A stretch of 64,000 nt of DNA from an uncultured virus (IMG/VR IMGVR_UViG_3300034418_003291) (IMGVR_UViG_3300034418_003291); one strand, 5' to 3'. Numbered from the stretch's first letter, positions 12,301 through 22,264 are shown. Notes: generated by a model not told the origin, from the sequence alone. Numbers and translations are program-made.

Positions 12301-14075
12301 GAAATGGTTGGTATATTAGATACAGAGGATCAGGGACAGAGTACCCAATACTCAAAGAAACAATTTACGAAGGAACCGATAAGAAGTACCTTACATTTAG
12401 CGCATCAAACCCAGCGTCCACAAAGGACTTTACCTTAAACTACACAGGGACCCTGAAGGACTTAGGTCTCAGGAAAGGGAAGGAACACCTGATTAACATT
12501 GAAGGTTTCCAAGATCCAGCAGGAACAACGACCCCTCAATACGCTTTAGGGGTATACTTCGACACCGACAAGTCTTACAGATATTTGTATTCTCCTGTAT
12601 CTGGTTCTTATTTACCTAAGAAAACTTTTGATAGGTTAGATACATCACTGTTTAATTTAAGCAGCACAACAAAAGATCCAGAAGCAACACTAGCGACAGA
12701 TCGTTTCATCGTACCTGAGGATATTACTGATGATGCGGTGTTTACCTTAAGTGTAACATTCACCGATTACGACATACTGCATCTCAGAAAGCCTAGAATT
12801 TTTGCTATAGAGCCTTATGCAGATGTAAGTTCTCTTTTGTCAGAGAGACCAAGACCCGACGATGAAACCATTCAGCCCGTCTATGAAGAGCCGGGTCTAT
12901 TCGGACAATTCAGAAACAAGATCCAGTTCTCGGGTGTTGATAAGACAGATGCATTTTCAGTAGGAGCTTACCCTGCCGCTGAAGGAACTTTAGCTCTATC
13001 TTCAGATGGCGAAACGTCATCTACTTACTACGGCAACATGAACCGATTCTCTCTTTTGACTGAGAACGGATATATTCTTGCTAACCCATTTTATGTTGAA
13101 GGGACTACTGAATATTTTGACGCAAGTTCTGGATTTATTGTTTCAGCGACAGATCCAACCACACAAGCAATAACGGTCATTGCTCACCTGTCTCCAGATG
13201 AGTGGGACTTCATTAACACTCATTACGGAGGATTTGGGGCGATAGGTTGTTTCACAGTGGACAGAGAAGCTACCGCTAAGAAGAGGGGGTCAGATAGAAA
13301 CCTCGCAACTCTTCCATTCATATCGTCCTCCCTAAACGGACAAGATGCCAACGCATTACCTACAGCAGCACCCACAAGGGAATCTATGGCTGCCACAGGA
13401 ACTGAGTTTATTAACGCTTTCTGTCTAAAAGCTCAAGAGGAAACCTCTGATGATCCTGGAACAGTGCGAGGCATATATACAACCTTTGGGTCTGGTATAA
13501 CAGACTTCAATGACGGAGGCTGGTCGGACGTAACTTCCACCACGACTTATAATCTATCTTTCAAGTATAAGGTAAGTGATAACCCAGCTACAGCATATCA
13601 GCCCACCGTCTCTGTTCACTCACATTATTTCTCTGCTACCGATTTGACCGCAGATGGAAACTGGAATCAATTCGATGTCCAGTTTGATGTGGACGGAGAT
13701 AATAAAGGTCACGATGCTATCAGGTGGCTTTTCGACCCCTCAGGAACAATTAGATCAGGAGAGAATAAGCTTTATCTCACAGATATTTCTTTGAGTTCTG
13801 GGGGAACTGAAATATTTAATACATTATTTGAGAGTGATTCTGATCTACTTGATTTTAAAGTAATAGATTACTCTAATCAAACAAAGCCTCTATCTTTGAG
13901 CAGAGTCTTCGATGGGCAAAAATATACTACCAGCCTATATAATGAGAACCTGCTAACAGAGGACGAGCCTATCTTTAGACTCTTTGCGAAGAAAACTTTC
14001 TATGTTGGAGGACTTCAAAAGAGAGCAGTATCACAAAAGGGCGTTATCGTATCTTGGACAATTAACTTCATCTAA
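9336..14075 (+). CDS. Large baseplate/fibre-anchor protein with multiple beta-sandwich (carbohydrate-binding-like) insertions
   Basis: 1579 aa; N- and C-terminal segments align by eye with the downstream 195-aa protein; NGDF/W-type beta-rich segments. Confidence 0.55.
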   Translation: MVASSTNTVVVDGARKTIAEVFAYDPAPSGFTDASTIDAVQNYQIAAVAFSPPFEAFSKFSSHRILDPSSLVNVSGYIYQLPYPRNFDLDLDGVPQPRYSDGEDNFIEPSLLYVEGNPRVTFNPLTVESLVGQDYAVVDYPLEDFNINNVQIFGESEARINARVIRTKGTDKDYYNFSTKRFQDLPTKKSFPFENGVVQFPLDLQTLNSQASKVSIERYEYTLQLELPTDNLYEKGKVVIDGVKASNVSLTIFPPVGRSKISNIVYNGDFSVYETLSGTETINPEEYGLATIPGWDQYNPLSKSTNPEDEVSGLGRVSLFKDWIGDNYVRLHASSTDLVNFNNGAAALETKFTIPSPTDSLLTQPSPAGGTNNSNSGPFNRYVEISFDCRLSTSSAEGLFVELQNLTDGTYYSFSDKDNGSAGWGSASTRHQISYSKGNAEPLISNNISLFANILGSKVNDVYKVTFIGGSDSGFADTDIKNIRIGYLTDVPFASDTFRFSKAESIENTLKTGDELLGASGIVLYDPTKTLKAPVALGEAPYTNTDITTYVTIPFTGMEPKKKYLLVIDSESTSSSDATYTGQHQIGVKLSHLDYCDILSQGDVNLLNQVGFVRNRNYGSPIRANTDVILSRYPEFGRYNNRFRLDSESQNGFEDKDAYSLMGLDISGYNLTEPSFVPVRPNTKVTVKLDSERIKGLTTSGVYRINLGLYNVNSKKKRFLDFKTNTFATELESSDGLVSYPGTLAGLDLQEAQNLDDRFTKKFATITSSLTESEEVEFSFNIPPRSDLGSDYILPDNTSLLFFNIIEQPDTVTESDLSRSRDSLVNKNLRLKNFEILGRYANAWHLTGPIGRDFDFVQKGLEYNFSGAFSGIPLDGSERYGIGERARSGLESTFIKDVTLGEKIAIPIYGLDNADISNNTAVLGSTSRESTYALTLISKGGPDAVIKSVKLVDASLPSYQGDTRLDNRSNITSEDSTVYSDDVMQKSIRNGWYIRYRGSGTEYPILKETIYEGTDKKYLTFSASNPASTKDFTLNYTGTLKDLGLRKGKEHLINIEGFQDPAGTTTPQYALGVYFDTDKSYRYLYSPVSGSYLPKKTFDRLDTSLFNLSSTTKDPEATLATDRFIVPEDITDDAVFTLSVTFTDYDILHLRKPRIFAIEPYADVSSLLSERPRPDDETIQPVYEEPGLFGQFRNKIQFSGVDKTDAFSVGAYPAAEGTLALSSDGETSSTYYGNMNRFSLLTENGYILANPFYVEGTTEYFDASSGFIVSATDPTTQAITVIAHLSPDEWDFINTHYGGFGAIGCFTVDREATAKKRGSDRNLATLPFISSSLNGQDANALPTAAPTRESMAATGTEFINAFCLKAQEETSDDPGTVRGIYTTFGSGITDFNDGGWSDVTSTTTYNLSFKYKVSDNPATAYQPTVSVHSHYFSATDLTADGNWNQFDVQFDVDGDNKGHDAIRWLFDPSGTIRSGENKLYLTDISLSSGGTEIFNTLFESDSDLLDFKVIDYSNQTKPLSLSRVFDGQKYTTSLYNENLLTEDEPIFRLFAKKTFYVGGLQKRAVSQKGVIVSWTINFI

Positions 14076-14662
14076 TGAAATTCAGAGATTTTTACAACTG
14101 TAAAGGACACCTTGAGATCTGGAAAATATACAAAGACTCAGGGGAGCAAGAGCTTTTCTACAAGGAAGATAACGTTGTTTGTAGCGGTATGGGCGTAGTT
14201 CTAGCTGGCTTGTTCGGAGCCTCTGGAACGTCTGATATCGCAGACTTTCAAATCACTCTTTTCCAAGTAGGTGTGAGTGGTTCAACAGGTCTACAAGTGT
14301 CTTCCAACGGTAGGTTAGGGTCAGCCTTAGCCACCGCAGATTACGGTGGAGGAGACCTTGAAGTCGTTAGTCATGATCTTGTGGCTTCGGGAACTACTTA
14401 CAACAACGAAGCATTTGGTGTAATTGATACTGCATACATCGATAAGATAGGCGATACAAGCTGTAGGTGGAGAATCATCCTGGATGAGAACGCCGCGAAC
14501 AGAGGTGACTCAGATCCTAGAATTAACGAGATAGGTATATTTGGCTATAACCCAACACAGGCAGGTACACCAGCGTCCTACTTGGCTGCGTATAGAACAT
14601 TCACGGGAATACAAAAAACCTCGGACTTCCTGCTAGATTTCAGGTGGACAATTAACTTCTAA
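14075..14662 (+). CDS. Baseplate/tail-fibre anchor-like protein
   Basis: GHLEI..NVV..G..LA...INEIGIF..LAAYRTF..IQKT..F..RWTINF pattern; position between baseplate and fibre genes. Confidence 0.55.
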   Translation: MKFRDFYNCKGHLEIWKIYKDSGEQELFYKEDNVVCSGMGVVLAGLFGASGTSDIADFQITLFQVGVSGSTGLQVSSNGRLGSALATADYGGGDLEVVSHDLVASGTTYNNEAFGVIDTAYIDKIGDTSCRWRIILDENAANRGDSDPRINEIGIFGYNPTQAGTPASYLAAYRTFTGIQKTSDFLLDFRWTINF

Positions 14663-14664
14663 GT

Positions 14665-17600
14665 ATGGCAAACTTCGATAACTTTGACGTAACAGGAGGA
14701 AGCAATAATTTAGATATTACTTTCTCCGCTCAGTACCTCCACGACGCAAGTGGGTACTACAACTATGAGCAGGACAACATCCCTCTTAGAAGACTGATCA
14801 GCAGAACCGATCTTTTACATCAGTTTGCTGGTTATCCGGGAGATGAGGATTCAAGGGCAACTACACTAGTCCTATCTTCCACGGCTGATGAGGCGAATGG
14901 AATTTTCGATAACATGACGGATATCGTCAAGAGAATTCCTCAGAGACTTACATTCCCTCTTCTTATCGAACTGGCTGACTACGGAGATCTAGGAAGCCTT
15001 AACCTCAGAGACATCACCACCTTTGGTAACGGTCAACTAGAGATTAAGAACCTGTTGCACGGCTTTGAATACAATGCGTCCGCAACATCAGTTTCAAGTG
15101 TAAACGGTCTTACCGATAACGAGCAGATCACCAACCCTACAGGAGCTACTAGCACAGGAAATGCTCTTGTTACTGTAAGCTCTTTAGACCTTACTAACGG
15201 TTTCATGAGTCAGCTAATAGCTGCCTCCACTTCAAGAGGGTCTACTAATGTCTTTGACGCATCTCTGCTATCAGCTACAGACGCGAATCGAGTGGCTAAC
15301 TCTACCGTATTCGCAACCGTAACTAACTCTACAGACCTGGATATCGATAAGCTGTATTTCTCAAAAGGTGCTGTCCAAAATAGCACATATGCGTTGGATT
15401 TGACTCCATACCAAGGCGTTTATGATAACACTATTCCTACGGATGACATATCTCCAAGAAAGGACAGTGGAGGAGGGGATAACCTTGAGTTCGATAGAAC
15501 TCAAATATCCTTGGACGCTAGTGTCGGTATATCAGTGTACGGAAACTTCTTTAGAGGAGTTACGCTAAACAACTGTAACGGTAGTATTAAGCTCACCAAT
15601 GTCTGTGTGGACGGTGCTAGTGGACTGGATAATACAGCGGATGCTCTGAGCCACAATACATCTCACGGATTCGATATTACTAACTCAGAAGTCATCCTGC
15701 AAAACTGCGCTTCTGCCAGAAACAGAATAAACTCTTATCGCGTAAGAAACAGCGATATCTTTGTGGCTGGTAATATGTACGGCTACAGATCTTACCAGAG
15801 GGAGACCTCAAAGAGTAGGACTACAAGTTACGAGTCTGCTGGACTATATGCGGAAAACAGTAACGTAATCTTTGCAGACTCTGCTCTTGGAATAACTGGA
15901 GATGCGGACTTCAACAGATTCCATGTCATGTTCGCTAAGTCTGATTACGGAATCAGGCTGAAGAAGTCAGTCCTAGAAGGAGGCACTAAGCTACAGAGCG
16001 GTTCTGTGGTCCCCAACGCTGGTGATACTGATACACAGACTTCAATAATCGCAACATTCCAGAACAAGAAGTCAGGTATATTCTTAGACGGATCTGAATC
16101 TACCTACTTTGGCAGACTGAACAGCTTCAACAACAAGCGTGGTCTAAGATGTCTCAACTCTACTTTAACTGTAAACCAATTCACTTTTGAAGACTGTGAA
16201 AACGAGGGAGTATTTGCAGACGCCTCAAGAATTATTTACGGTTATAGAGAGGACGAATCAACCAACAGCAATCTTCCAGACTCCTCTACTGGAAAGAAGA
16301 GAACTACATTCAACGTTTCAAACAACGGTATAAACCTAAGAGTTGTTAGAAACTCCGCCCTAGAGCCTTACGATGCTGAAGATGTAGCCTACCCTGACTA
16401 CATCGGCAAATGGGGCGGACGGGAAGCGGATACTGGAGTTACGGGATCAAACGCTATGGTCAGTCACGGTTCCACTTCCCAGTCCAGCGCATTCAGAAAC
16501 CTTCCGTCAATTTATATTTCAGACGCTTCTATAGCAAGATTCCTAAACCTTGCTGTTGTAAGGGGTGCTGACGGAGTTGGTCCCGGTAGATGTGTTCTTG
16601 CCGAAAGAGACTCAAACGTTTACATACACGGTACATCCGTGTCACCAACGGTCTTCAGTATGACTGCTGCTAGTGCAACTTGGACGAATGCAGAACTTTT
16701 CCCAACTTGGAACTCAGCGGCTGTAACTGCGGATTACAACTCAAACGTTACCCTTACAGGCAGAACTAAGATTACAAGATTCGGCGTAGGAACATTAGCT
16801 CTTAACGGGTCGAGAGTTCAGATTACAACTCCTTCTCGTTATGGTGCTGATTCTCCTGATACTACAAAGTTTGGTCTGACAACAGCAGCTAACCAAACTC
16901 AAGTGCAGATCCACTCAACGAGATCTTGCATGGTTGCCTCAAAGAACTCAGGCATCATTCTCGACAACATCGGAGGTAGTCCTGACAGTTACTCAAATAG
17001 TGATGGTCAAAGCTCTGATATTAGGTATAACACCTCGGCTACTGGATCTGCCGCAGCTAACGGAACTTTATGGGATGCCGCAACTTCTGCGGCTTATATT
17101 CAGTTCTTCCCTAACGGATTCGCAAAAGCAATTGCAACTGGCGATACAAAGGCTGTTTACAATAACAATGCTGCGCTAAACAGAACTGTTGCGACGGGAG
17201 GCGTGTTTATTGCCTCTGGAAGTCACGATGATGCCACAACAGGAGGCATGGTCATCCGAGCAACCAACGGAAGTTATGTCGATGTTGATAGTGTTAACTT
17301 CCTTTTTGCAGTACCAGCATCTAGCTTGTCTGGAGTTGCATATAACTATACTGGATCTGCAAACGAATTTAACGGTATAGAGCCTGGATGTGAGCTAGTT
17401 GGAGCAGCGTCAGACGGTGGTGTTCTTTCTGGTGTAACTTATCCGCCTAACTTAGGAGATACCTTGGGAGATGCCTCCTCCTGGCAGTTCTCTTACAGCG
17501 GGTTTGATGATTGCTTCTTCCCGCCTCTGGATGGTTCTGCTTATGAACTTAGTGCTTATGGCACAAAAACCCATATGTGGAACATTGCCGATACTTCAAG

Positions 17601-18468
17601 AATAGTAGCTAAGAACATCCTCATCAATACCAACAACTCTTTCCTAGAGTGTAGCTCAAACAATTATCACGGACCTTCCGGCAAATGGAGAAACGGAGTT
17701 GCTCTAGATTATTACGGTCTTTGGGGAACAGCCACAACATATCACGCGGCTGCTAACAACAAGTTTAGAAACTACGGACCATACAGACTACACCTTTCCC
17801 ACAGAGGAGATATCAAGAGTTACTACGGCGTTAGCGGTATGAACAGACAGGGTTCTGAAAACCAGACTACTGTATTTGGTCAAACTGGTGCTGGAGCGTT
17901 TATAGATCAAGTAAACTCTCAAGGATATCAGTTCTTTACTGCACAGGCGAAGCCTTTTGATAGTGGAGACGGTCAGCAACTTTATTGGATAAGACCTTCC
18001 CAACTTTCAGAAGGTTCTATTCAAGGTTACTTGCAGGTTTCTGGTGCTGACTCAATCTTCGGTATGGGTATGCCTTCTCCTTACTCAGGAGTTGCATCCT
18101 TTATCCAACCTCCAATAGCTGCTTACCAAGCTAGAAAATACTTCGACACTTACAACTTTGATTCATCGAACAACGTAAGTGCTGCACCAACTGATGATCT
18201 AGTGAGCTTGATGCAAGCAACCCCAGGGTTTGCCATACCTCCTGTACACATGGACTGGCAGGGATACTTGAGGAACTGGTTAGATGATAGTGCATCTAAC
18301 TTGTTTGCGAACTCAAGACACCTTGCAATGAAACAGGTAAACGGAGTTTCTATCTTCCACTCAACCAACAGCCTTGGAGGTGAGGGAAGAGGAGATGACG
18401 CAGAAGGCGTAACATACGGACTCGGAGTAAGATCCCTCAACCTATTCGATCTAGATAACTTACTGTAA
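14665..18468 (+). CDS. Tail spike/fibre with right-handed beta-helix-like repeats
   Basis: 1267 aa, Asn/Gly/Ser-rich with repeated G[IL]..x.NS..-type strands; N-terminal DNIPLRRL..RT.LL fibre-attachment-like motif. Confidence 0.65.
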   Translation: MANFDNFDVTGGSNNLDITFSAQYLHDASGYYNYEQDNIPLRRLISRTDLLHQFAGYPGDEDSRATTLVLSSTADEANGIFDNMTDIVKRIPQRLTFPLLIELADYGDLGSLNLRDITTFGNGQLEIKNLLHGFEYNASATSVSSVNGLTDNEQITNPTGATSTGNALVTVSSLDLTNGFMSQLIAASTSRGSTNVFDASLLSATDANRVANSTVFATVTNSTDLDIDKLYFSKGAVQNSTYALDLTPYQGVYDNTIPTDDISPRKDSGGGDNLEFDRTQISLDASVGISVYGNFFRGVTLNNCNGSIKLTNVCVDGASGLDNTADALSHNTSHGFDITNSEVILQNCASARNRINSYRVRNSDIFVAGNMYGYRSYQRETSKSRTTSYESAGLYAENSNVIFADSALGITGDADFNRFHVMFAKSDYGIRLKKSVLEGGTKLQSGSVVPNAGDTDTQTSIIATFQNKKSGIFLDGSESTYFGRLNSFNNKRGLRCLNSTLTVNQFTFEDCENEGVFADASRIIYGYREDESTNSNLPDSSTGKKRTTFNVSNNGINLRVVRNSALEPYDAEDVAYPDYIGKWGGREADTGVTGSNAMVSHGSTSQSSAFRNLPSIYISDASIARFLNLAVVRGADGVGPGRCVLAERDSNVYIHGTSVSPTVFSMTAASATWTNAELFPTWNSAAVTADYNSNVTLTGRTKITRFGVGTLALNGSRVQITTPSRYGADSPDTTKFGLTTAANQTQVQIHSTRSCMVASKNSGIILDNIGGSPDSYSNSDGQSSDIRYNTSATGSAAANGTLWDAATSAAYIQFFPNGFAKAIATGDTKAVYNNNAALNRTVATGGVFIASGSHDDATTGGMVIRATNGSYVDVDSVNFLFAVPASSLSGVAYNYTGSANEFNGIEPGCELVGAASDGGVLSGVTYPPNLGDTLGDASSWQFSYSGFDDCFFPPLDGSAYELSAYGTKTHMWNIADTSRIVAKNILINTNNSFLECSSNNYHGPSGKWRNGVALDYYGLWGTATTYHAAANNKFRNYGPYRLHLSHRGDIKSYYGVSGMNRQGSENQTTVFGQTGAGAFIDQVNSQGYQFFTAQAKPFDSGDGQQLYWIRPSQLSEGSIQGYLQVSGADSIFGMGMPSPYSGVASFIQPPIAAYQARKYFDTYNFDSSNNVSAAPTDDLVSLMQATPGFAIPPVHMDWQGYLRNWLDDSASNLFANSRHLAMKQVNGVSIFHSTNSLGGEGRGDDAEGVTYGLGVRSLNLFDLDNLL

Positions 18469-20006
18469 TGGCTAAAAGAATAAAAGAGAACATTCGTTTC
18501 TACCTCCCAAATGATCCGTATTTTGCGGAGGTAGACAACCTTCCTATCAGAGATCTTTTGGACAATGATGTTAGAATGCAAGATCAGATCGATGAGCTTG
18601 CAGCAAAGCTAGGAACTACCGAAGGAAGAGATAAGTTCAATGAACTTAGACCTTATGTTAATGCTGTAGAGCCAGGAAAAGTATTCGTAACTCCTGGAAC
18701 CTTTATGGCTAGACAAACTCTCCCAGCTACGAGAGAAGGTGGTTTGTCAGAGCAGCTAAAATCAGAGGCTGCGACATTTAATGTAAACACTAGACAGGAT
18801 GCTAAAAACTCTTTAAACAGAGCCGCTGGCATAGGCAGAATGTCTCCTGTCCGATTAAAGAAAAATTCAGAGGGGGCGGATCAATCTATCTCTATTGAGC
18901 AAGGAAGTTTAGACGATTTCTACTCTGATGCTACCCCTCCCAAGTTTCGCGTTGACCTAGTGTACGCAAAGGGTAATCCAGGCATGGATACCGACTTCGG
19001 TAACGCTGAACTAGGCGTTGTTAAGGGGGCGTTCTTTTTAAACGGCGGTGGGACATCTGACAGAGATGGCATCCTTCTTCCACGATTTGCAGGAGACGGA
19101 GAGGTCACTGATGACGAAGTAGATCTAACCATCGCAAGAATACTCTCCCAAAGAGTTGAGGATGTACAGACTCTAAGAGATACAGGGTTCGTAAGAGATA
19201 AGATAGACCCTGAGACGGGAAATGTTCTATACACCTCCATTCCTTGCCCAGATGTAGTAAACCTTCAAAACTCCATAAGTGAGTTTTTAGTTCCAAGCGG
19301 CATATCTCTAGACGATCTATCAGAGTTTGCTGATTTTGCCTTGAGAGGCAGAAACTATTTCGCACTTCCAATAGCATATGTATTCGTACCTTTCACATAC
19401 GTTGAGGGTACAGCAATCCCTGCTGAGAACATTCTAGATATCCGTCCTTTCTTCTCCACACCAGAGTTAACACTGTACGAAAGACAGGCTATCTTAGGTT
19501 CATACAGACCAGGACTTAGAAATAGATTTTTAACGCTAACTGATCCGAAGATCACCGATATCGATTCTATTAACACAACCCAAGACATAAATATCGATGA
19601 TCTGATAGCTAGGGTTACTGCTTTAGAGAATCCGGCTGCCCTTTTCAAGCCAATGGCAGAAACGGTCTCGGTATATAATACTGCTTTTCCAGTCACATCG
19701 CCAAATTCTCCTGAACTCAAGGCAGGTAAATATTTAGCTTATGTTCATTTCCAAGTAGATCCCAATAAAGATGACACCGACTATACAATTACGGTTAATT
19801 CAGAAAGTAACCTAGAACTTGGTAGAGTGAGAATGATCCAGAGGGCTGGTGGCAATGGAGATGATGATGGTTTTGGAACAGCCGTAGTAGCTTTTGATAA
19901 TCCAGACGATGGTCGCGTTAATGTGACAATCTCAGCTGACAAAAATCAACCAAACGGCATTACATTCAGCTATTTTGTTGTACACGGTTATGCAGGACTA
20001 GACTAA
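18468..20006 (+). CDS. Tail fibre-like protein
   Basis: N-terminal DNLPIRDL motif shared with previous gene; short coiled coil (LIARVTALE) before a small C-terminal beta domain. Confidence 0.6.
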   Translation: MAKRIKENIRFYLPNDPYFAEVDNLPIRDLLDNDVRMQDQIDELAAKLGTTEGRDKFNELRPYVNAVEPGKVFVTPGTFMARQTLPATREGGLSEQLKSEAATFNVNTRQDAKNSLNRAAGIGRMSPVRLKKNSEGADQSISIEQGSLDDFYSDATPPKFRVDLVYAKGNPGMDTDFGNAELGVVKGAFFLNGGGTSDRDGILLPRFAGDGEVTDDEVDLTIARILSQRVEDVQTLRDTGFVRDKIDPETGNVLYTSIPCPDVVNLQNSISEFLVPSGISLDDLSEFADFALRGRNYFALPIAYVFVPFTYVEGTAIPAENILDIRPFFSTPELTLYERQAILGSYRPGLRNRFLTLTDPKITDIDSINTTQDINIDDLIARVTALENPAALFKPMAETVSVYNTAFPVTSPNSPELKAGKYLAYVHFQVDPNKDDTDYTITVNSESNLELGRVRMIQRAGGNGDDDGFGTAVVAFDNPDDGRVNVTISADKNQPNGITFSYFVVHGYAGLD

Positions 20007-20014
20007 CTAAATAG
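20007..20014 (+). promoter_or_regulatory. Putative late (gp55-type) promoter CTAAATAG
   Basis: T4-like TAAATA core, 3 nt upstream of ATG 20018; second copy at 20109-20116. Confidence 0.55.
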
Positions 20015-20017
20015 TAT

Positions 20018-20116
20018 ATGAAATACTATTTGGCTTTTCTGTTTATTTGTGTCGGAATCTTGTCAAAGCTCATCCCTAATTTCAGTAAGCGGACACAGAA
20101 AAAACTGACTAAATAG
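20018..20116 (+). CDS. Putative 32-aa membrane peptide (MKYYLAFLFICVGILSKLIPNFSKRTQKKLTK), not in ORF track
   Basis: Read directly from sequence; hydrophobic N-half, basic C-tail; fills intergenic gap right after a late-promoter motif. Confidence 0.4.
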   Translation: MKYYLAFLFICVGILSKLIPNFSKRTQKKLTK

Positions 20117-20150
20117 GCAGAAGATAAGTAGATATTTTACGGAGACTTAA

Positions 20151-20753
20151 ATGCGTTATCTAGAAAACAAATCCGAAATGGGCGTAAAGCCAGTTCCCAC
20201 CAACTTTGTCAGAACCCTGGTAGAAGGCAACGGCTTTTCTTACACCCAGGACGAAAATGTTGAAGACGTTATTTTCTACAAGTCAGGTGAGGATGTTTAC
20301 CGCGCTACCGAAGAAATCTTTGAGAGCGAAGATGGTCAACTCTATGCTAAGATTGATCAGCTTGATGTCGGTCTGTACGGTCAGCTTCAAGAAAGCGAAC
20401 TAGAAATCGACAACATCGCCATGATTGGTGATGAGGAGTTCCAGCTTGATGAGACCATGATTGAAGTCGATGGCGAATACTACGCTGCACTTCATCCAAC
20501 CGCACAAGAGGAACTTGAAGTTCTAACCGTCGAAGGTCGTGAATTCACCTTGGTTGATAGCGAAGAAGAAGCCTCATTCGTTGCTTACCTCAGGGAGAAC
20601 GAAGACGGCGAATATGAGCTAGTCGAGAACGAAGACGAAGCTGATTTCTATGCTTTTGTCAACGAGATGAAAGAAGAAGACGAAGAAGAAGACGAAGAAG
20701 AAAAGCCAAAGAAGAAGCCCAAGCAAATGAAGAAGGGCAAGAAGGACTGCTAG
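20151..20753 (+). CDS. Highly acidic putative prohead core protein
   Basis: Glu/Asp-rich with Lys-rich tail, repeated [LIV]-x-E; GGAG RBS; lies upstream of gp21. Confidence 0.5.
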   Translation: MRYLENKSEMGVKPVPTNFVRTLVEGNGFSYTQDENVEDVIFYKSGEDVYRATEEIFESEDGQLYAKIDQLDVGLYGQLQESELEIDNIAMIGDEEFQLDETMIEVDGEYYAALHPTAQEELEVLTVEGREFTLVDSEEEASFVAYLRENEDGEYELVENEDEADFYAFVNEMKEEDEEEDEEEKPKKKPKQMKKGKKDC

Positions 20754-20755
20754 TA

Positions 20756-21292
20756 ATGGCTGAAAAGACCATCATGGAGAAAGCTGACGAGATTATGAGT
20801 CAGTTTGGAATTGGAGCCCCTCTTTCTCAGGAAGAGGGGATCTCTGATCCTACTCCCATGAAGTCAGTAAACTACTCATCCCCTGTCCAACCTCCAAGAG
20901 ATCTGCCTGAAATGTCAGACGGATTTCGTTCTTCTTTATTAGAGAATATGGGGATTAAAACAGAAGAGCCTGTTGAAAAGCAGCCCGAACCAGAAAAGCG
21001 TCAAATGACAATTGAGGAAATGAAGATTGTTCTTCAAGCTGCGAAGATTCTTGGCGAGACAACTTTTGCCGGAGGCTTAGGAGTCAACATGGCTGGAGCC
21101 TCCACCTTTCAACAAAATCCTCAAAAGAAAAAGAAGGTTAAGAAAAAGAAGGTCTGCATGGACTTAGCTCCCTTGAAAGAGTTTGCTTTTACCACAGACA
21201 AGAACGCTTGGAAGCCAAGCAAAAACTCTATATATGTTAAGCCTACACCTGTTTCTCGTCTAACCAAAGGAGTATTAAAGAAGGTAAAGTAA
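20756..21292 (+). CDS. Hypothetical protein, putative prohead core/internal protein
   Basis: 178-aa ORF in head module, acidic N-half and basic C-half, several L-x-E sites. Confidence 0.45.
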   Translation: MAEKTIMEKADEIMSQFGIGAPLSQEEGISDPTPMKSVNYSSPVQPPRDLPEMSDGFRSSLLENMGIKTEEPVEKQPEPEKRQMTIEEMKIVLQAAKILGETTFAGGLGVNMAGASTFQQNPQKKKKVKKKKVCMDLAPLKEFAFTTDKNAWKPSKNSIYVKPTPVSRLTKGVLKKVK

Positions 21293-21642
21293 TGGAAAAT
21301 CTATACGACTTAATTGTAGAAAGTTCTCGCGGTCTTCGGAGGCTTCAAAGAAAGCTTGGAGCCGCAGTAAAAGCTCATAGAAGAGATGGAGGAGGTCCAG
21401 TAACTCCTAAACTTGCTAGACTCGCAAATGCGGTAGTAGCCAAGACAAAGGAAGGTGAAGCTAGAGCAAAGAATAGTAAGGAGTCCCAGAAAGCAGCACG
21501 AAGAGCCCAAGACAGAGCGGAGGCAAGAGCCCATGAACCGGCTGCGACTGCTGAAAGACGGGAGAAGCAAGGCTTGCCGAGTACTCCAAGGTTCCCAAAT
21601 GTAGGACGTGAAACAAACGCTAGAGGAAGAAGAGGAAGATAA
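21292..21642 (+). CDS. Small basic (Arg/Lys/Ala-rich) putative internal head protein
   Basis: MENLYDLIVE leader followed by a very basic body; adjacent to the protease gene. Confidence 0.45.
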   Translation: MENLYDLIVESSRGLRRLQRKLGAAVKAHRRDGGGPVTPKLARLANAVVAKTKEGEARAKNSKESQKAARRAQDRAEARAHEPAATAERREKQGLPSTPRFPNVGRETNARGRRGR

Positions 21643-21646
21643 TAAA

Positions 21647-22264
21647 ATGGAACTAATAAGAGACTACTATGGTTTTGGTCAGGTCGAGATTCTAAGCGAG
21701 TCTCGATCAACTGGCGTTATGAAGGTTCGTGGTCTCTTCGGAGAGGCAGAGAAAGTTAACGGCAACAAGAGAATGTATAGTCGAGACACTCTGCGTAGAG
21801 AAGTAGAAAAATTACAAGAACAAATCAAAGAAAGAAGACTGCTAGGAGAACTAGATCACCCTTCAAACGAAGTAGTACATTTATCAAACGCGTCACATCT
21901 TATCACGAAGCTGGACATGGTTGGCAACCAAATTATTGGAGAAGCTGAAATCCTGGGTACTCCCAGTGGTCGGGTTCTTCAAGAGCTTATTAAAGCGGGT
22001 GTCAAAATAGGTACTTCCTCAAGAGCCACAGGATCTGTATCGCCTGTCATGAAAGAAAATGAAACCTACTATCAAGTAGGCGATAACTTGAAGATGATTA
22101 CTTGGGACATGGTTAGCGATCCATCATGCTATGGAGCGCATCCAACACTCCAAGAAAATCAGCAACTACTAGAGACTAGAGATAGCATCGTATCCAACCT
22201 GGACAAACTCAATGCCGAAAAGGTATTACTGTTTGAATTGGAGAGAAGATTACGAAATCGCTAG
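21647..22264 (+). CDS. gp21: Prohead core protease
   Basis: NGNKRMY, LGELDHP, SHLI, GTSSRATGS, WDMVSDPS motifs; ATG 21647 preferred over GTG 21608. Confidence 0.93.
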   Translation: MELIRDYYGFGQVEILSESRSTGVMKVRGLFGEAEKVNGNKRMYSRDTLRREVEKLQEQIKERRLLGELDHPSNEVVHLSNASHLITKLDMVGNQIIGEAEILGTPSGRVLQELIKAGVKIGTSSRATGSVSPVMKENETYYQVGDNLKMITWDMVSDPSCYGAHPTLQENQQLLETRDSIVSNLDKLNAEKVLLFELERRLRNR

